63,313 nucleotides of DNA, filler included, from Octopus bimaculoides (GCF_001194135.2; 4 parts of 4 records of this genome joined end to end with filler, not necessarily neighbours in it), one strand, 5' to 3'; positions 1 to 13,043 are shown, numbered from the whole stretch's first letter. A program made the numbers and translations. Notes: a model not told the origin generated them from the sequence alone.

Positions 1-345
1 TCTGTGATTGCCTGGAGGACTATGGTAAATAATAGGGGGCTGAGGACGGAACCTTGGTGGACCCCTACCTCTACCCGGAATTCATTGCTGTACTCATTTC
101 CAACCCTCACCTTACTGGCAGCATCTCTGTACATGGCTCGCACAGCTCTCACTAACCATTCTTCTATCCCAAGTTTCCTCATTGACCACCAGATAAGGGA
201 TCGGGGGACCCTGTCAAAGGCTTTCTCCATATCAACGAAAGCCAGGTACAGAGGTTTATCCTTAGCTAGGTATTTCTCCTGCAACTGTCTCACTAGAAAT
301 AAGGCATCAGTAGTGCTTTTACCTGGCACGAACCCAAACTGATCT
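1..345 (-). mobile_element. RTE-clade LINE reverse transcriptase fragment
   Basis: The minus strand reads GFVPGKSTTDA..LVRQLQEKYLAKDKPLYLAFVDMEKAFDR..VGVHQGSVLSPLL, which are typical non-LTR RT motifs. It runs off the window start. Confidence 0.85.
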
Positions 346-734
346 GTAAACATTGGACCTATCTGTTACCACTAACTTTTTCAGCTCATTTGTTTGTTGA
401 TGTGGTGCAGCATTACTAACTTAATCGAACTGGAATGTCAAATAGATGAAGCTAGACTGGGTTAAACCAGCCCTTTTTGGATAGAAAAAGTCAAAGGCTT
501 TATGTGTTGAAAGTTATATTTGCACCCTGTCATTTATAACTTTATCTTCTTAGAGTTCCAGTCATCAAAAACAAATTATTTCACATCACTTGAAGTTTCT
601 AAATTATTATGTTCAATAGTTTCAGTAAAGTAATTTCTGTGAAAATAAAAATCCTGATAAATTTCAGAAGTAATTTTTTTTTGTTTTTTTCCAAATATAT
701 TTTTATATCCATTTTTTTTTTGTTTCTTTTTTAG

Positions 735-903
735 AGCTCATCTGCAGGATTATTTGGAACACATTTTAAAGCAAATTACTGATATGCTTGTGTTGCATTC
801 CCCAGAGAATGGCTGCATTCAGCAACTGTTGAGTTGTGATGACCAACTTTTTATTTATGAAACAGTTGGTATACTCATTGTTGCAAGTAATTTCCCACCG
901 GAG
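735..903 (+). CDS. XPOT: XPOT exon: AHLQDYLEHILKQITDMLVLHSPENGCIQQLLSCDDQLFIYETVGILIVASNFPPE
   Basis: Acceptor ttttttag at 733-734 and donor GAG|gtagat at 904. Contains the conserved DDQLFIYET. Confidence 0.93.
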
Positions 904-3900
904 GTAGATTCACCTACATTTTATTTGTTTTCTTTGCCTTTTATCTCGAACCCCTACCTTAAAAGATACATGTACGAGAGAACAAAGTCTTGTTAACTAC
1001 AGGGTGTTCAGAAAGTTTCTCTGCAGTGAATTTTCTTCTCCAAGACATATTTCAAAACGTGTGTAGAAGAGTCAACTTATGTATTGAAAATGAAGGACGA
1101 CACTTTCAACACCTTTTATAAAGTTATTTAAAGTCTTGTAAAGTCTAATATATTCTTTGGTAGTCTTATGCCATCTTATAAATGTTTATTTCGCTATAAA
1201 ATACTTACTGTGGAGATTCTTATTGAACACCCTGTATTATCATGTTGTCATTGTAACCTTTCCATTTTATTAATTCAGTTTGTAATAAGTGAACAAAGAA
1301 ATGATTAAATATAGAACATCAACAGTGCCACATATAAAGCACCCATGTTGGTGCCATGTATAAAGCCTCTGTGCTGGTGTCACATAAACGGCATGTAAAG
1401 TGGTTGGCGTTAGGAAGGGGGCATCCAGCCATAAAAACCATGCCAAAACAGACAACTGGATCTTGGTGCAGCTCTCCAACTTACTAGCTCCTGTTAAACT
1501 GTCTAACCCATGCCAGCATGGAAAATTGATGTTAAATTATGATGAATGAGATTTTTAATTTCTTTCCAGCTCCATCCAGATTACTCCCTCTTACCACCCT
1601 TGTATTATGGAAATAGCCATGTATATATCTTCTGCAACAAGCTGTTTCTGTCCCTTTTTCATGCATTAACCTTTCAACTCCTAGAATAAAACTGCCTCCT
1701 TCTCTACTATGCTTTCATTCAATTGAGAAGCGTCTTTAATCTGGGGAATTACATGGTGACATCACTCGCACTGCTGGTGCGATGATAAAAGTGGTTGGAG
1801 TTTGGAAGGGCATCTGAGTAAAGAAACTGTCAAAGCAGACAATTAGAGCGTATTGCAGACCTCTGGTTTGACAGATTCTTCCAGCTTGTGGAATACAGAT
1901 GTTAAATAATGAAACAGAACTGTGGTTGATAAGAAACAGAGCATTCATTGTCCTTCCTTTGTACCTGATTATATTTTATTTAAAAAAAAAAACCCAAAAA
2001 TTATTATTTAACAAATTATTTTTCTTTTTCTAGCGAAAGCGGATTCTAATACAAAAGCTGTTAGCTCCTATAGTGTCAAAGTTTGAGACGATGCTGGCCA
2101 AACTTTGCACAGAAGGGAATGAAGAAAACCAAGAAAATTATGCTTGTTGCATTAATAATGCTATCAGTTTTGCTAGGTAAGGCATTGAACATAATTAAAA
2201 AAAAAACAATATGTCACTTATTAGCTATCTCTAACTTTATTGGTTTAGAATGCTTGTAAATTTTACAGACTCTAACACTTAAACTAAATTTATGATAATT
2301 GGTTTCGTGTCGTATACATGTCAAACTGTTGAAAATTATTGGTTTTGTGGTTAAAAAGTTTGTTTCACAACCATGTGGCTTTGGTTCCAATTGTAGAACC
2401 TTGGGCAAGTGTCTTGTACTATACCACTGGACCAACCATAGCGTTGTGAATGGATTTGGTTGGTAGAAACTGAAAGAAGCCTGTATGTGTGTTTGTGTGA
2501 ATTTGTATTTTTCTTGCTGTCATTGGTTTGTAAAACAATGACTTCCTGACTCGTTTGCTTTACAGTCCAATATAAAAGCGTGTCTGGGCTGGTTGTTGTT
2601 TGATCGGTTGGGAGATTATTGCCTCACTTGGAAACGAGGTGGGTGACAAAAGGAAGGGCATCTGGCCATAAAAACACTGATCCAACAAACCAACAAACTC
2701 TTGTCGGAGTCATGCAAGCATAAAAAAAGTAGACATTAAAACAATGATGATGTGTTCAGGGATATAGGTGTGTGGGGGAAGAAGCCTTGTCACTGCCTCA
2801 CTTTCACCTCGTTTTTTTTTTATTATTATTTTTCAGTCGAATAAGCAAAGGCTTTTCTAACCAGCAAACTATGAAACAGTGTGGTTGTGTGGATGCTTTC
2901 ACTGAAGCTTTGAAAATCTTTCTACAAGGTTTCAAATGTCCTGTACAGAGACAACTCATACGCTCTGGTGTAAGGCAATACCTACATCGAATGGTGGTTT
3001 GTTTGGAGGAAGAAATTTTCCCTTTTATTCCTGTTATTCTTGAAAACCTGCTGCAACAACCTGATGCCAAAGAACTCCATGATTTCATTCCACTAATGAC
3101 ACAACTCATCATGAAGTTCAAAGTAAGTGGTAACTTTAATTAAAACCTAATGACTGGTTAATTACATATTTGTCTGAGCATAATTAGAGATTTAATCTTT
3201 CTCATGACTTCTGGGTGCTGTCTGTGTGTTTAAGAAGTTTTCTTCTCAACCATGCTATCTTTGGCTTTAGTCCCACTGCATGGCATCTTGGGCAGGTGTC
3301 TTGTACTGTAGTCCAAGGTTAACCAAAACCTTGTGAGTGGGTTCAGTAGATGAGAATAGAAGGAAACATGTTGTGTGTATGTGTGTCCTTGTCTTGATAT
3401 TGTGTTACTGTCATATAAGCAGTGTTATTCGTTTCCAATCTTCCATGAAAAATCTCTCATGAAAACCTGTCTGGTCATGGAAATATCACTTTGCTTGGAA
3501 TCAAGTGAGGTTGATGACAGGAAGGGCATCTGGTAGTAAATATGACCCATGGAAAAGTGGCCGTTTGAATGATGATGATTATTTCTGCCTTTTGATTAAC
3601 TCTTTTAGCTTGAGATTACTCTAACAAATGTAATGCTTATTTATCCAATTAATCATTCATCATCTTGTTGCTTTGAGATTTTGATGATGTGACTATTTTT
3701 AGAACGACAGTATAGGCTAGGTGTGAGATGTTGGATCTGGATAGTTTGGACACTATTTGGTCTGCATATAGCCAGTTAAATGCTGAAGGTTTAACCATGC
3801 AGGTTTCTTTACTGCTTATTAAAAACAAATGATCAGATAAAGATTGGTGTAGTTAATATGAAGGGGTGCTAAAATAAGTTGGGATTAGTTAATTTGTAGG

Positions 3901-6900
3901 TGAGGAATAAAAGTATTGGCATTTTGAACTTGTTTAATGCAGATTAACACTTTTCTGCCATAGGTCGTTGCCTGTGCCGCTGGACTGACTCCTGTGCAGG
4001 TGGCACGTAAAAAACAACTTGTTGAGCGTGGCCGTTGCCAGTACCGTGTGACTGGCCCTTGTGCTGGTGGCACGTAAAAGCACCCACTACACTCTCGGAG
4101 TGGTTGGTGTTGGCAAGGGCATCCAGCTGTAGAAACTCTGCCAGATCAGATTGGAACCTGGTGCAGCCATCTGGTTCGCCAGTCTTCTGTCAAATCATCC
4201 AACCCATGCTAGCATGGAAAGCAGACGTTAAACAATGATGATGATGATGATGATTTCTATTGAAATATATTGCCTTTATTTCAATTAATTTTGAACAATA
4301 ACGAAGAGTTTAGTAAAACAACAATTATCATTATGTTGGTATTTGGTACATAAATTAACAAAATTACAATGGAAAGTTTTTAGATCACTTCAAAACTAAA
4401 TTTATATCACAGACCCAGTGGCATTCTTAAATGGGTTGGTATGAAAAAGTGTTAAATAATCCTCTTCTTGCTAGTAATATTAATATGATTTGTTATTTAC
4501 TTAGTATTTTTGATTTATTTCAGAAAACAATTAGTCCATTCCTCAGGGAGATGTTCTGTCCTTTTGTACAAACCATATATAGAGTGTTATCAATTCCTCA
4601 AGATGAATACGATCAGGTGACAGCTAACGAGAAGAGATTACTTCAGAAAAGTTATTTCCAGTTTCTGGCTTGTATTGTCAGCAACAATGTTCATGAAGTC
4701 ATACAAGATCAAGGTAACCATTTTGTTATTCATGTTGTTATTGTTTAACCCCAGGTCAGGGTTGATCAAACACATCTCTAGTTAATTACGAGCATCCCAC
4801 CTTTGTGATGGTGTCTTGTATTACATTATCCAATACACACTTCTTGTTTTAGATGGGTAAGATTTGAAGGGAATTTGGCCTCTGGTGGATCTAGCAACCA
4901 AATGGTTGATTTTGCAGGATTTTAATACAGATCGTAATAGCAGGTGTGGCAAGAAGTTTGCTTCCCAACCACATGGTCTTGGGTTCAGTCCTACTGTGTG
5001 GCACCTTGGGCAAGTGTCTTCTACAATAGCCACGGGCTGACCACTTCCTTGTGAGTGAATCTGGTAGACAAATTGAAAGAAATCTGTCATGTATGCGCAT
5101 GTGTATGTGTGTATATATATATATTGTCAATCCAAACATGAACAAGCAAGAAAAAATAACAATGCGAGGATGTGGAATAAGTACAGTGTTATTGGACGCT
5201 CGGGAAAGGAAAGAAAAGAAAGAGGATTTCATGTTTCGAGCAGAGCTCTTCATCAGAAATATAGGAAAAGTCCAAAGAAGGGAAGACGGAGAAAGAAAAT
5301 TGCCATATATAATATGTAAAATAATCAAATCAAGATCGAAATCATAATGAAAATTGTAGTTGTGGCTGATGCCAGTGTCGCCTGACTGGCAAGCACCATT
5401 TGAAAGTGGTCAATGCCAATGCTGTCTGAATGGCTCCTGTACCGGTGGCATATAGAAAGCACCATCCGAATGTGATCAATGCCAGTGCCACTTGACTGGC
5501 TCCTATGCCAGTGGCATGTAAAAGCACCCACTACACTCTCGGAGTGGTTGGCATTAGGAAGGGCATCCAGCTGTAGAAACTTTGTCAGATCAGATTGGAG
5601 CCTGGTGCAGCCTTCTGGCTTGCCAGTTCTCAGTTAAACCGTCCAACCCATGCTAGCATGGAAAGCGGACGTTAAATGATGATGATGAATCCTTTCTACC
5701 ATAGGCACAAGACCTGAAATTTCAGGGGAAGGGACTTGTCAATTACATCGACTCAGTGCTTGAATGGTCCTTATTTCATCGACCTTGAACGGATGAAAGG
5801 CAAAGTCAACCTTAGTGGAATTTGAACTCTGAATGTAACGGTGAACGAAATGCCGCTAAGTATTTTGTGTGCTAACAATTCTGCCAGCTCGCCACCCTAA
5901 TAATAATAATAATAATAATAGTGTTTATATATGCATCTAGGAATATAAAAACTACGATTCCCCACTCTTTTAACTCAAATCACTTTATTCATTATGATTT
6001 ATGTGCAAATGAAGGATTGCTGAATCTGTTGTTAATCTTTGATTGTTGAATTGATTCTGAAACTTTTGTTATTCATACAGAGGCTGCAAACTTCCATCAG
6101 GTTTTAATGACCATTGTTGAAGGGGCTTGCAATAATCCTGATCCCCAGGTAAGTACTGTTTGGTAATCTCAAATGTAACTTCCTTCACTTGTTTCAGTCA
6201 TTGGATAGCAGCCTTGAAGGGGTCTTTTCGTCATCAAACCATCTCCAGTACTGAACCCTTTCATTACCAACCCTGTTGAAACCGCCTCTGGTTATGAGTA
6301 CAAATGTCTTGTTTTCATAAGTTCTGAATTAAAATCTTCCACCAAACCTTAGCAACAATTTATGTTCCAAACACCAGCTTAATGATAACAAAGTTATTTT
6401 ACTAAATTCTTCTTTTATATTTAAAATCAATTGAAAGTAACACAGACCTTCTCAAAATAAATACGGTAATGAAAGGGGTCTGATATTTATTCTCTCAGAC
6501 TCTCTTTGCTTAACTGCAACGTGATGGTGATGCAAACAAACCAAGATACACACTCAAACATATGACAGGCTTCCACAATTTGTGTTTTAGATTCACACAC
6601 AAGGCATTGGTCAGCCCAACGCTATAGTATTAGGCACTTGCTTAAGATACCAAGCAGTGGGACTGAATACAAAATTACTTGGCTGGGAAGTGAACTTAGC
6701 ATTAAATTAATAAGCACAGGTATGGCTTAACTGGCTTCTGTGCCAGTGGCACGTAAAAAGTGCCATTTGAGTGTGGGTTTTGCTAGTGCCGCCTGACTGG
6801 TTCTGTGCCGGTGGCACGTAAAAAGTACCATTCGAGTGTGGCATGTAAAAAAAAAACCCATTCAAGCATAGTCAATGCCAGTGCTGCCTGACTGGTCCTC

Positions 6901-9900
6901 ATGCCCGTGGCATGTAAAAAGCACCCATTACATTCTCGGAGTGGTTGGTGTTAGGAAGGGCATCCAGCTGTAGAAACATTGGCAGATCAGATTGGTTCCT
7001 AGTACAGCCATCTGGCTTGCCAGCCCTTAATCAAACTGTCCAGCCCATGCTAGCATGGAAAGCGGATGTTAAACGACGATGATGACATATATATATGATC
7101 ATATAAAATATTTGCGCTTACTATTTGATTTCGGTTTTTTATAACATGTTCTTAAAACGTTTTTTGTTTCTGTTATTCATTTTTTTGTTTTTTATATTTT
7201 CTAGATTCAAAAAATCTGTTTTGGAATTTTAAAAAGACTGATTGAAGTATGGTGTAAGTATTAGACATTTTCAGTGTTACAGCTTTTATCTTTCACTTTT
7301 TTCACTCATTAGATTGTGGCCATGCTGGGGCACTGCCTTGAAGAATTTTTAGTCAAATGAATTGACCCCAGTTTTTTTTTTTTAAGCCTGGCACTTATTC
7401 TGTCAGTCTCTTTTACTGAACTGCTAAGTTAGGGGATGTAAACACATCAACAGTTATCAAGTGGTGGTGGTGGTGGTGGTGGTGGTAGTGGACACACACA
7501 CACTCACACATATATATACACACATACAATGGGTTTCTTTCAGTTTCTGCCAATCAGATGCTCTCACAAGGCTTTGGTTGGCCCAAGACTATAGTAGAAG
7601 ATAAATTGCCCAATGTGTGTTACACAGTGGGACTGAACCTAAGACCATGTGGTTGGGAAGCAAGCATGGTAACACTTGTGAATAAAAATTTGGTTGACAC
7701 ATAGTGATCTGAAAGTTTCTTGCTATTGTCCACCGATAGAGATGGGTGCCAGCAGCATCCTTAAAGGATAACCATTTTATTGGTACAAGCAATGATCTAG
7801 TGTAATGAAAGGTGGCACTTGTTTGGAGAATATTATTAGAATAAGTAAGGTTGAGTAACTATCATGAAAAGGATGAAGGAAAATATTACAATTTAAGTCT
7901 TTTTTTCATAAAGGGTTATTGGCGTTAGGAAGGGCATCCAACTGTAGAAAACCATGTCAAATCAGACTGGAGTCTGGTGCAGCCTCCCAGCTTACCAGCC
8001 CTGGTCAAACTCTCTAACCCATGCCAGCATGGACAACGGATGTTAAATGATGATGTTGGTCTTTGTAAATCATCATGTCTGACTTCCACACTGGCATGGG
8101 TTGGGTAGTTTGGCAGGAGCCAGGTAAACTGGGGAGTTACACCAGCTTCAGTTTTCTGCTTTGGTATGGTTTCTACAGCTTGGATGCTTTTCCTAGCACC
8201 AACCACTTTTCTGTGTACTCTGGTTGCTTTTTATGTGGCACCAACACTGGTGCTTTTTACATGGCACTGTTTAAAACACTTGGTAGGTAATCCAGGTGAT
8301 TGCAAGTTTGTACTAAACGAGTTACTAAGTGGAATGTTGAAAATTGGTGGGTTGCAGTTGAAAAGAAATTTGGAAATCATAAAAATATATTTAAGGATTT
8401 GTAAAGTAGTTTTCAAAAATTTGTTTTGAAGAGGACTTCATTAATAGACTTTATTCTGTTTTGCAGGTGGTGAGAACGGACTGGTTGGATTTGAGGAATT
8501 TGTTTATCAAAGTGTTGTACCTGCTTGTATCTTAACTCCTATGAAACCAGCCTTTGATTTAAATGATGCTCAAACTGTTATTGTAAGTTGCAATTTGATT
8601 GATTTTTATTTATCGTTTTTTAAAAATATTTTTAAATGTATTTTATTCAACTTCCTTCCCTCACCCATCCTGGGTCTTCTATTGTTGCTGTCTCTCTGTC
8701 TTTTTGGGTTTTCTCTTGGATGACATTATAGAATAGTAGGGACTTTTTAGTCTTATGAGATGCAAAGCAACTTCACTAGTGCCACAGTGATCATTAATCA
8801 CTAAGGTGATTGACAAATGAGTGGCAGAAATAATGAGGGGTCAAAGGGAGTCTTTTAGTTTTGTCAAACAAAAGACATGTCTAGTGCTGGCTGCCACAAT
8901 ACAATGCATCCAGTCCACTCTATAAAGTAGTTGGTGACAGGAAAGGCATCCAGCTGTAGAAATCCAGCCAAAAAGGAAATGTATGACCATGACATGGTTC
9001 TTCAACCTGTTTAGGAAGGTGGTGACTAATGACCTGTCCAGTCCGTACCAGCACAGAAAGCAGGCATGAAATGCTGATTATTGGCACGTTAAAAAAACAC
9101 CATTTGTGTGTGGCCGTTGCCAGTACTGCCGGACTGGCCCTCATGCCGGTGGCAAGAATCCTGAAGTCTCTGCTTTCTTAATATAATCATACAATGGAGA
9201 CCTCTGTGGAGTTGTCTTCCCTACTTGTTGAAATAATTAAAATATTACTGGTTGACTAATTTTTTTTCCTCCTTGCATAATTATTCTAAATGAGGATTTT
9301 AACGTTCCCTGCATAAACTGGATCAATCATTAACTTTAAAAAACCCCAACTTTCTATATAGGCTTGCTTTAAGATTTTTAGGGATTAGAAAGCTGTCAAA
9401 CATTTTTAAAAAATCGGAGAGTATTGTAGTTTGCTTGAAGTATTGTGTATTGTTTGTAAAGAATAAAAAGTTTTGAATGGTGCAACAATGCACTATAATA
9501 CAAAAAATGGACTATATACCTGTTGTAATTTAGTTAACCATAGTCCGATGATATTTCGGAATACAATTCCTTCTTCAGATATTCTTAGTGCATTGTTGTA
9601 CCATTCAAAACTTTTTATTCTTTTTTAAAAATTGTTTTAGATTTTCAAAACTAGCTGGTATCCTTTCTGAAGAAAATGGTTATTAATGAACATGTGGTTG
9701 TTTTAGTAATTTGAGCAATGAATTTATATAAAGCTAGGTTGAATCTATCGGTCTCTTTTTTGTTGACAAATACGTATACGTTTTTTGTATTTTATATATT
9801 GAACTTCCCATTTGGTTTCAGAATGTATATCTTTGATATATTCTTTGTTCCAGGCTTTGGGAGAGAGTGCACAATGTTTGAAATGTATTCTTGATAAAAG

Positions 9901-12900
9901 GGTAAGTTTTACAAATAGTAATGTTCAGAAAGAAAAATGAAGTCCTGTTTCTAGACATGTTTGTTAAAATATTGACTTAACTCTTTTGATACCAAACTGC
10001 TTGAGTCACCCCCTGCTGTATGATGCCAACTTCCCTGTTTTAAGATGAACTAAATTAAAATCTTCCATTGAGATTTCATATCAATTATATTCCAAACACC
10101 AGCTTAATAATAACGGTTATGTACTAAATTCTTCATTATTTTTTAAATTGATTGCAACAAAGGCAGTGTATTTTAAGAGCAATATGATAACAAAAGGGTC
10201 GGTGCCATGTAAAAGGCACTTAGTACATTCTCTGGAGTGGTTGGTGTTAGGAAGGGCATCCATCTGTAGAATCCAAGCCAAAACAGACTATGGAACCTGA
10301 TGTGGCCCTTGGCCATGCCAGTTCCTGTCAAGCCGTCCAACCCATACCAGCATGGAAAACAGACGTTAAATGTTGATTATGATAATATATCCCTGAGATA
10401 TAATTACAGACAGTCATTAAATCTTAGAACTTTCTCTTTGTTTATCATCATAACTGATTTTATTCAGTTACTTCTCCTGGTTGTCTTTTATCCATCCTGT
10501 AACTTTTTGGAAATATAGTTATTAAATCAACAAAGCTACTTAGATCCAGCCATGGCTTTGTAGTTAAGCTCGCTTGGTAACCACATGGTTTGGGGTTCTT
10601 TCTGACATTAGATGATGATTGTTATATTCTATTCAAATATAAATTGTGTTATTTCAGTTATAATGTTATTTTTTATCGGAGGCAATCTGGCTGATGCTGG
10701 TGTTGCATACCTGTCATGTACAAAGCACCTTTTGAGCGTTGGGCCTTGCAAAGGTATCTGGAACCCATGCTGGCAGCACATAAAAAGCACTTGTTGAGCG
10801 TCGAACCTCATGGAAGCAGTGTGTCTTATGCCAGTGTTGCATAACTGGCATCTGTGCTGGTGCCACGTAAAAAGCGCCTCTCAAGTGTTGGGCCTCATGG
10901 AGGCAATGACATGACCGAGACCTTTGGCAATATGCTGTCGTGCTTGAGAAGACCCATCAAACCAAGTGAAATTACAATCATGGTGGATACTGGGCGTCAT
11001 GCAACTGGCACCTGTGCTGGTGACACGTAAAAGCACCCATTACACTCTTGGAGTGGTTAGCGTTAGGAAGGGCTTCCAGCCGTAGAAACCATGTCAAATC
11101 AGACTGGAGTCTGGTGCAGCCCCTTAGCTTGTCAGCCCAGGTCAAACTGTCCGACCCATGCCAGCATGGACAGTGAATGTTAAATGATGATGATGATGAA
11201 AGCTGATATTTTTGTTATTTTACTATTTTAATTTTTTTTTTACCATCCTCAGGGTGATGAAGTCATTAACTATTTACAAAATGAATATTTTCCAAAACTT
11301 CAACTTTCCCCAGATCTGACACAAGTAAGTATCTGGACTGTTTCAGTTTTATACGTTGTTAATCGATGAGTTTTTATTTTGTTTCCATGATTTTCAAGTT
11401 TGTGATCTGAAGGCTGCAAATTAACTGACTTTATTTATTGGATGAATTTTCTTCTTTCAGCAATTCTGCCAGGCCTATGTGATGGACATAAAATCTTTTA
11501 AACATTTTTTAAAGGTCAGTACTCTCATCAGATCTCCACGGTAGTCTCTTCATTATGTTAACTCTTTATAAGCCTTACAATATTTACATTTGACGGATAT
11601 TTGTCCTCATCTTGTTTGTTGTTAACATGTTTCAGCTGATATACTCTCCAGCCTTCTTCAGGTGTCTTGGGGAAATTTCGAACCTGGGTTCTCATTCCTA
11701 AGGTATTTTTCGATATTATTATTATTATTATTATTGTTCAGGTCACTGCTTGGAATCGAACTCAGAATCTTGGGATTAGTAGCCCATGCTCTTAACCACT
11801 ATGCCACATGCCCATGGGCATATAATAATATAATAATATCAAAAAATACCTTAGGAATGAGAACCCAGGTTCGAAATTTCCCCAAGATACCTGATGAAGG
11901 CTGGAGGGTATATCAGCTGAAACATTGTGTTAACAACAAACAAGATGAGGACAAATATCCGTCATATGTAAATAATATACATAATTTCACATCTTTTAAA
12001 TATAGAACTGTATCTTTATAACCTTATTAGGGGGTAGCTTTTATAAAAACCTAATAACTGGGTTAATTACATAACTGTTCAAGTATGATAATGTATTTAA
12101 TCTTTCTAAGGACTTCCTGTTACTTTGTTATTAACTTCTAGTATTGTTATAATTATTTCCAAAGTTATCCCTCATATGACTAGCTTTACTGTAATTGTAA
12201 AAAGATTACCACCATTTATCATTTAACATCCGTTTTCCATGCAGGTATGGGTTGCATGGCTTGAAAGGAGCTGGCATGTTGGAGAGTTACACTAAGCTCA
12301 GTTGTCTGCTTTGGCATGGCTTTTATGGCTGGATGCCCCCTTCATAATGCCAGCCACTTTACAGAGTGTATTGTGTGCACCAACATTGGATGCCCTTCCT
12401 AAATCCAACCACTTTACAGTGTACTGAATGCTTATAAAATTTTTTTTCCATGCTACTGGTCTTGTAGGTTGTGAAGCACTTACAAGAAAAGAGAAAACTC
12501 CACTTCTTTGATTGAGTAGGAATATATCTCAGAGAAGTGTAGAAAGACTAAAGTATAATAAGGAATATTTAGAGGGGCTAGATAACCTGCATTATATAAA
12601 GGTGGGTCGGAATAATTAAAGAAGGTAAAGTGGTGATGATGAGACGACTGAACTCCCAAGGTATTCATCATCATCATCATCATCATCATTTAACGTCCGT
12701 TTTCCATGCTGGCATGGGTTGGACGGTTTGACTGAATATCTTCGAGAACTACATCAAGGGTGCACGTGTCTGTGGAGTGCTCAGCCACTTACACGTTAAT
12801 TTCACGAGCAGGCCGTTCTGTTGATTGGATCAACTGGAACCCTCGTCGTCGTAAGTGACGGAATACCAACAACCTGTTCTAGCATAGATTATAAATTCTT

Positions 12901-12964
12901 CAGTTATTGTTGTATTTAATGATTTGTTTAAATTCTCTTTCTTATGTGTATTGCAGTGTTTCCC

Positions 12965-12997
<33 letters not shown>

Positions 12998-13043
12998 TTT
13001 TCTTTTTCACTTTCAGACTTTCTTCTCATCTCTAAAGTCTTGA
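735..13043 (+). CDS. XPOT: Exportin-T (tRNA exportin), 3' part: join(735..903,2034..2176,2837..3122,4524..4713,6081..6148,7205..7253,8467..8582,9854..9901,11253..11324,11461..11514,13017..13043); 5' exons lie upstream of the window
   Basis: All 11 exons have AG/GT ends and compatible phases. The joined peptide follows recalled vertebrate XPOT motifs: DDQLFIYET, SKxFSNxQTxKQCGC, RSGVRxxLHRM, VPACxLxPxKxxFDLxDAQTV. Confidence 0.95.
1000..1234. mobile_element. Tc1/mariner-type MITE
   Basis: TIRs CAGGGTGTTCA / TGAACACCCTG, with TA flanking both ends. Confidence 0.75.
2034..2176 (+). CDS. XPOT: XPOT exon: RKRILIQKLLAPIVSKFETMLAKLCTEGNEENQENYACCINNAISFA(S)
   Basis: Acceptor tttttctag and donor AG|gtaagg. 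Runs phase 0 to phase 2. Confidence 0.92.
2837..3122 (+). CDS. XPOT: XPOT exon: RISKGFSNQQTMKQCGC...FIPLMTQLIMKFK
   Basis: Acceptor tttttcag and donor AAA|gtaagt. Lies within ORF 2772..3143. Confidence 0.95.
4524..4713 (+). CDS. XPOT: XPOT exon: KTISPFLREMF...VHEVIQDQ
   Basis: Acceptor tttcag and donor G|gtaacc. Lies within ORF 4431..4748. Confidence 0.93.
5350..5690 (+). mobile_element. Abundant interspersed SINE-like family (core GTTAGGAAGGGCATCCAGC, (GAT)n tail); further copies near 1330-1545, 3950-4255, 6720-7085, 7918-8055, 8070-8270 (-), 10200-10380, 10670-11200, 12230-12420 (-)
   Basis: The same 150-400 bp sequence recurs in several XPOT introns in both orientations. Confidence 0.8.
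6081..6148 (+). CDS. XPOT: XPOT exon: (E)AANFHQVLMTIVEGACNNPDPQ
   Basis: Acceptor catacag and donor CAG|gtaagt. Runs phase 1 to phase 0. Confidence 0.92.
7205..7253 (+). CDS. XPOT: XPOT exon: IQKICFGILKRLIEVW
   Basis: Acceptor ttttctag and donor T|gtaagt. Matches the recalled QKxCFxILxxLxExW motif. Confidence 0.92.
8467..8582 (+). CDS. XPOT: XPOT exon: (C)GENGLVGFEEFVYQSVVPACILTPMKPAFDLNDAQTVI
   Basis: Acceptor tttgcag and donor ATT|gtaagt. Confidence 0.95.
9854..9901 (+). CDS. XPOT: XPOT exon: ALGESAQCLKCILDKR
   Basis: Acceptor gttccag and donor AGG|gtaagt. Confidence 0.92.
11253..11324 (+). CDS. XPOT: XPOT exon: GDEVINYLQNEYFPKLQLSPDLTQ
   Basis: Acceptor catcctcag and donor CAA|gtaagt. 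Confidence 0.92.
11461..11514 (+). CDS. XPOT: XPOT exon: QFCQAYVMDIKSFKHFLK
   Basis: Acceptor cttctttcag and donor AAG|gtcagt. Confidence 0.9.
13017..13043 (+). CDS. XPOT: XPOT terminal coding exon: TFFSSLKS*
   Basis: Strong pyrimidine tract plus tttcag. The 8-residue tail parallels the recalled vertebrate VFFQRAKP*. Ends in TGA. Confidence 0.85.
   Translation, partial: TFFSSLKS

Noticed and set aside
4-342. 112-aa plus-strand ORF
   Set aside because: It is the antisense shadow of the minus-strand LINE RT fragment.
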